Source of the DNA: Fistulifera solaris
Lineage: Eukaryota
Direction of reading: 5' to 3'
DNA: 64,000 nt
NCBI GenBank assembly: GCA_030295235.1
Contig: AP026125.1
Location: 1,550,001 to 1,614,000 of the forward strand
Numbering within the stretch: position 1 is the first letter of the stretch; each line of letters opens with the position of its first letter. The position numbers were made by a program, and so were the translations under genes. The notes under the pieces were generated by a model. It was given only the letters and a program-made list of their open reading frames with translations. It was not told the DNA's origin and did no database searches. This document shows, one piece after another, positions 60,119 to 64,000 of this stretch.

Positions 60119-61345
60119 TCATTCCAAATTCGACTCCAGTCCATCCACACACCATTGCGTGATGTTTTTGGTGCCAATTTTGATATCATTGCACAACTCC
60201 TGGAGCGGCATGATGGAAAACGGTTCCTCGAGTTGAAAGGCCAACTCCTCGATACCGAATAAGAAAACCGCAACAATGGCCGATATCGGAACGACAGTAA
60301 TTCCGTGAAAGATTGGCGAATTTTGCGTGTCCGCAAAGTTAATCAAGGCTTCGTAGAGCGCCAAGGGTAGCAGAAGCATGTACAGACCCAGAAATCGTGC
60401 CGTGTGTCGAGTATAGACCAGCGGAACCGGCCACGAGTAAATCTTTTCGCAAATACTGGTGCATTCACCCAACAAGATGATTGACTTATCCGTTTCAATG
60501 CGGGCCTTTTCCTCCATGGGGACTTTTTGCAAAGCTACCGAAAGTTGTGCTAGAGCCGACATGTTGGGACTTGGTGAGTCGAGGATACGACGAGCCAGAA
60601 CACTGTTCTTTTCTTCGCAGGTCTCTAAAACTTCACGTTCAAAATCTTCTTTATCCGGAGGACCGGATAACTCATACATGAGAGTACGTGCGAATAGCCA
60701 AGTCGATAATTGCAATTGATCCAGTGCATCGCAGGTGGCTGGATTCGAGAGATCGGCTAACGATGAGGCCATGCGAGCAATATTCCGACATTGCGATACA
60801 ACTCGAGCCCATGTTGTTCGGGCTTCCATCCACCGAGAATACGAAGCGTTTGTTCGAAAGACCAGCAACAGACCCAAGGCAGGACTGGAAAGCATGAAGG
60901 GTAGCGACGGCATCGACAAGAGAGGAAGCGCGACGGGAGCATTCGGTACAACAACTCCATTCCAGAGCAAGACAGTTGTAGCGACTGCGGATACCAGCGC
61001 TACTTCTGGCCTTAATTGTCGAACGACTCCCGAAAATAGCATACCTTTCAAGTTCGTCCGAACTCGTTCCGAATTTCTATGACGTACCCAATCTTCATAG
61101 GTAAAAATAGTTCTGCGGTACTTGCGAGATTCTTCTCCGTAAGGCACTCGTCCAGTTTCGAGAGTAACAGCCATCATAGAGCCTGGCTTGTAAGGAGGGC
61201 TTTTGACAATTTGATCCGCCTTGGACTTCAAAGCATAGAGTGCAACTACTCGCGGCTCACTCCGTCGATCGTTCGATGTGAACGAATCAACGGGTCTTTG
61301 CAGCCACAGAAGAGCGAGAATGAAAAAGCTCGAAGACAGGACCAT
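60119..61345 (-). CDS. Plastid bestrophin-like anion channel (UPF0187/VCCN/BST family)
   Basis: Signal peptide ending VDS|F; LLVFRTNASYSRW.EAR, PVPLVYTRHTARFL, GIEELAFQLEEPF. Confidence 0.9.
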   Translation of the reverse strand: MVLSSSFFILALLWLQRPVDSFTSNDRRSEPRVVALYALKSKADQIVKSPPYKPGSMMAVTLETGRVPYGEESRKYRRTIFTYEDWVRHRNSERVRTNLKGMLFSGVVRQLRPEVALVSAVATTVLLWNGVVVPNAPVALPLLSMPSLPFMLSSPALGLLLVFRTNASYSRWMEARTTWARVVSQCRNIARMASSLADLSNPATCDALDQLQLSTWLFARTLMYELSGPPDKEDFEREVLETCEEKNSVLARRILDSPSPNMSALAQLSVALQKVPMEEKARIETDKSIILLGECTSICEKIYSWPVPLVYTRHTARFLGLYMLLLPLALYEALINFADTQNSPIFHGITVVPISAIVAVFLFGIEELAFQLEEPFSIMPLQELCNDIKIGTKNITQWCVDGLESNLE

Positions 61346-61776
61346 TTTGCTGTTCTATGTTATTGTTAACAAGTAAATCAACAGAGCAAAGAGGACGCAA
61401 TGGATGACATCAACGTGACGGAGCGAGGTTGAATTTGAGAAAGAAATTGAGGACGTAGGCCCACGTGCCACGCGTGCATGCGTCGTAGTTCGGACGAGTG
61501 AGTCGCGGGTGCGACATGAGTGTGACATTGACATTCATGACTGACATGCAGTCGCGGGGAAATGTCGTATACATTTTCGCGTATAGTAAAGTGTGTCCGT
61601 TGGCCTGTTGGCTGGCTGCACATTGTGGTACTCTCATGGTGAACCGGTACTCAATAAAGTTGATGGCTTCCGATGAAAGAAAAAAATAAACGCGATGAAG
61701 AATCTTTGAAAACAAGTCAGATCGAACCGAATCTACAGAAACATCCGACAAGCACCTTACTCTATAAAATATCAGA

Positions 61777-62925
61777 ATGAAACCTGCAAACCCTTTAGTC
61801 TTTATTTGTTTCGTGTGGTTGATACAACGGTTCTGCGAGGGATTTGTCTCGCCCTGCGATCGATACCGGTGCAAAGAACACATTCGGTCACAAACGGACA
61901 TCCATCAAACCATCGGAGGCAGAAGATGGTCACCCTCGCATACCTCTGACGAATACTTTCTGTGGGAGTCGACAAACAAAACACAGGTGGCTAGTCCAGC
62001 GACGAATTCTGTTGCCTTTGCTGCCGGATGTCTGTTCGTTGTATTTATCCCGATCCTGCAATCCGTCGACATTGACCCCCGATACTTCCTTGCCGGTGGC
62101 ATTTGTGCAGCCGCCAGTCACGGTCTGATGGTACCTGTGGACGTTATCAAAACGAGAATACAAGCGTCGCCTCTGGATTACAGGGATGGATTTTGGCATG
62201 CCACCAAGACGATTCTCGAGAACGAGGGCGGTGCCGTATTGCAGCGTGGCCTGAGTCCTACTATAGTCGGATACGGCATCGAAGGGGCGACCAAATTCGG
62301 ATTGTACGAATCCTTGAAACCAATTTTGTCGGTGTGTATTCCAACGGAAAGTACCACAGCCCCTTTATTACTTGGGAGTCTGTTAGCAGGAGGCACTGCG
62401 AGTCTCATATTATGTCCTCTGGAACGAATACGGATACGGCTAGTTACAGATGATGACTACCGAGAAAAGAATCTAATGTCAGGGATGCTGTCGATTGTCG
62501 AAAAGGAGGGCGTACTGTCGCTATTTCAAGGAGGATTCGCCGCCATGCTATCAAAGCAACTTCCTTACACCGTTGGAAAGCAGGTGTCGTTCGATCTGTT
62601 TGCAGCATCGCTCTACAGCTCAGTGGCCTCTAATGATTGCAATGTGGTCATATTATCCGCATTCGGGGCGTCGATTGTTGCTTGTTTACTCAGTCAGCCC
62701 GGAGATGTATTGTTGACGCAAACCTACCAAGATCGTGCAGAGGTAGATACGATCCCGAGTTTATCGGAAACGGCACGATCCATCTGGGTGCAACAAGGTC
62801 CTTGCGGTTTCCTATCCGGTTTGTCCGCGCGTTTTTTACATGTTGGCTTCATCGTGCAAATACAACTCGTTTTATACGATGTGATCAAACAGTCGCTGGG
62901 CCTACCAGCCACTGGATCAGCTTGA
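61777..62925 (+). CDS. Mitochondrial-carrier-family phosphate carrier-like protein with bipartite-type N-terminal presequence
   Basis: FLAGGICAAASH..PVDVIKTRIQ, GYGIEGATKFGLYE, PLERIRIR, KQLPYT, SQPGD; N-terminus MKPANPLVFICFVWLIQRFCEG|F. Confidence 0.85.
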   Translation: MKPANPLVFICFVWLIQRFCEGFVSPCDRYRCKEHIRSQTDIHQTIGGRRWSPSHTSDEYFLWESTNKTQVASPATNSVAFAAGCLFVVFIPILQSVDIDPRYFLAGGICAAASHGLMVPVDVIKTRIQASPLDYRDGFWHATKTILENEGGAVLQRGLSPTIVGYGIEGATKFGLYESLKPILSVCIPTESTTAPLLLGSLLAGGTASLILCPLERIRIRLVTDDDYREKNLMSGMLSIVEKEGVLSLFQGGFAAMLSKQLPYTVGKQVSFDLFAASLYSSVASNDCNVVILSAFGASIVACLLSQPGDVLLTQTYQDRAEVDTIPSLSETARSIWVQQGPCGFLSGLSARFLHVGFIVQIQLVLYDVIKQSLGLPATGSA

Positions 62926-62984
62926 ATTCATACTTCGACGCCTCTCAGTTTTTGCAGTTTCAAGATCGGGAAGTTTGCTTTCTC

Positions 62985-63830
62985 CTTGTCGTTAAAGAAA
63001 GACGACCGACGCCGATAAAATTCATTGCTGGCTGCAGAGAGACTCGATCCTGATACCTTAACCCCCTTCATCTATGCGGTGGTTTTATTGGGAAGCCTCA
63101 AACAAATAGGCGGGACGAAGTTGCGTTCTGATGAGTACCGATGCGCAAGAATGAGAAAGGAGCTAGGGTGGTTTTGACTCGGCAGACAAATCCCGCGATG
63201 ATATTCGACGCTATTGGTGTCTGAGTCTGAGCCCTTCAAGAGTGAATTTGAGCAGAATAAACAGTAACGTTTTAGACCGTTGGCGCAAGTAATTCTTGTT
63301 TACCTAGTATTTGTTTCGAAACTCGATAAAGAATAAGACGAACATCGAATATCATATTTGATCGTTGATCACCGAATACCAAACTTGATCTTTGATCATC
63401 AAATATCAAACTTGATCTTTGATAAGTTTGAAGGTCGACGATCATTTTGATGGACTTGATGATTGAAGTTCGACGGCTATCGATGTAATCGGACTTCAGT
63501 ATTAAGTTACCAAAGATATACATGAGACGAAGAAAGCGGCCTACTTAACTCTTGAATAGATCAGAAGATAGGCAATGTTATTGGGACGGGAACACGACTC
63601 GCCCCACGGACTCGATGCACTCCGGTCGATTGATGAGATGGGAACTCGTGCTGTGTTTCAGACGAAAGTAACAAAGTTATTACCGTTTGAGTAGGGTTCG
63701 CTTGTCTTAAACGACCGACACCGGCAAGATTCATTGCTGGTTGCAGAGAGACTCGATCCTGACACATTATCCCTACAAGTATGCGGCGGGCTTGTCAACA
63801 AGTCTCAAGTTATGCGGGATGAATGTGCAC
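62985..63830. repeat. Diverged direct duplication (~62985-63150 vs ~63700-63830) enclosing a 27-bp minisatellite (~63350-63425)
   Basis: TTCATTGCTGG(C/T)TGCAGAGAGACTCGATCCTGA at 63021 and 63730; AAACTTGATCTTTGAT repeated at 27-bp spacing. Confidence 0.7.
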
Positions 63831-64000
63831 CTGCAGACAGTTAATTTGCGAATTATCGTGCCATGCTTGTTACGAATGCTATCGTACGGAGGTGCCAAAA
63901 ATGCGGTACAGTTCCACTTCTTGAGGGGCTTCAAATGAAAGGGAAATTTTCTCTACTTTTTCAACTAGCGGCGATGAAGCCATTCGCTCCAAGTATTTCT

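Overview
Gene-dense eukaryotic nuclear DNA, most consistent with a pennate diatom. This is inferred from short GT-AG introns, several bipartite signal+plastid-transit presequences, a nucleus-encoded plastid sigma factor, CcdA, a bestrophin and a secreted tandem-SET protein. About 28 protein genes are recognisable, including PCIF1, RPL27A, Elongin C, a MAPKK, PEX1, CSN1, a spastin-like AAA ATPase, two tandem P2B Ca2+-ATPases and a class II FBA. The window also holds a young full-length Ty1/copia LTR retrotransposon (8595-13692), a lone degenerate 5S rRNA abutting a 236-bp tandem array, and a palindromic ~60-bp array. Many genes carry single-base homopolymer frameshifts that look like sequencing or consensus errors. 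The most interesting leads are: (1) a catalytically dead trypsin fused to a silaffin-like Lys/Ser/Gly tail; (2) a catalytically dead bacterial-type GH5 flanked by CBM6 modules; (3) the palindrome array with compensatory changes; (4) a palindromic, non-canonical primer-binding site in the copia element; (5) a putatively tail-anchored aldolase. All family assignments come from motif recognition by eye, not from database searches.
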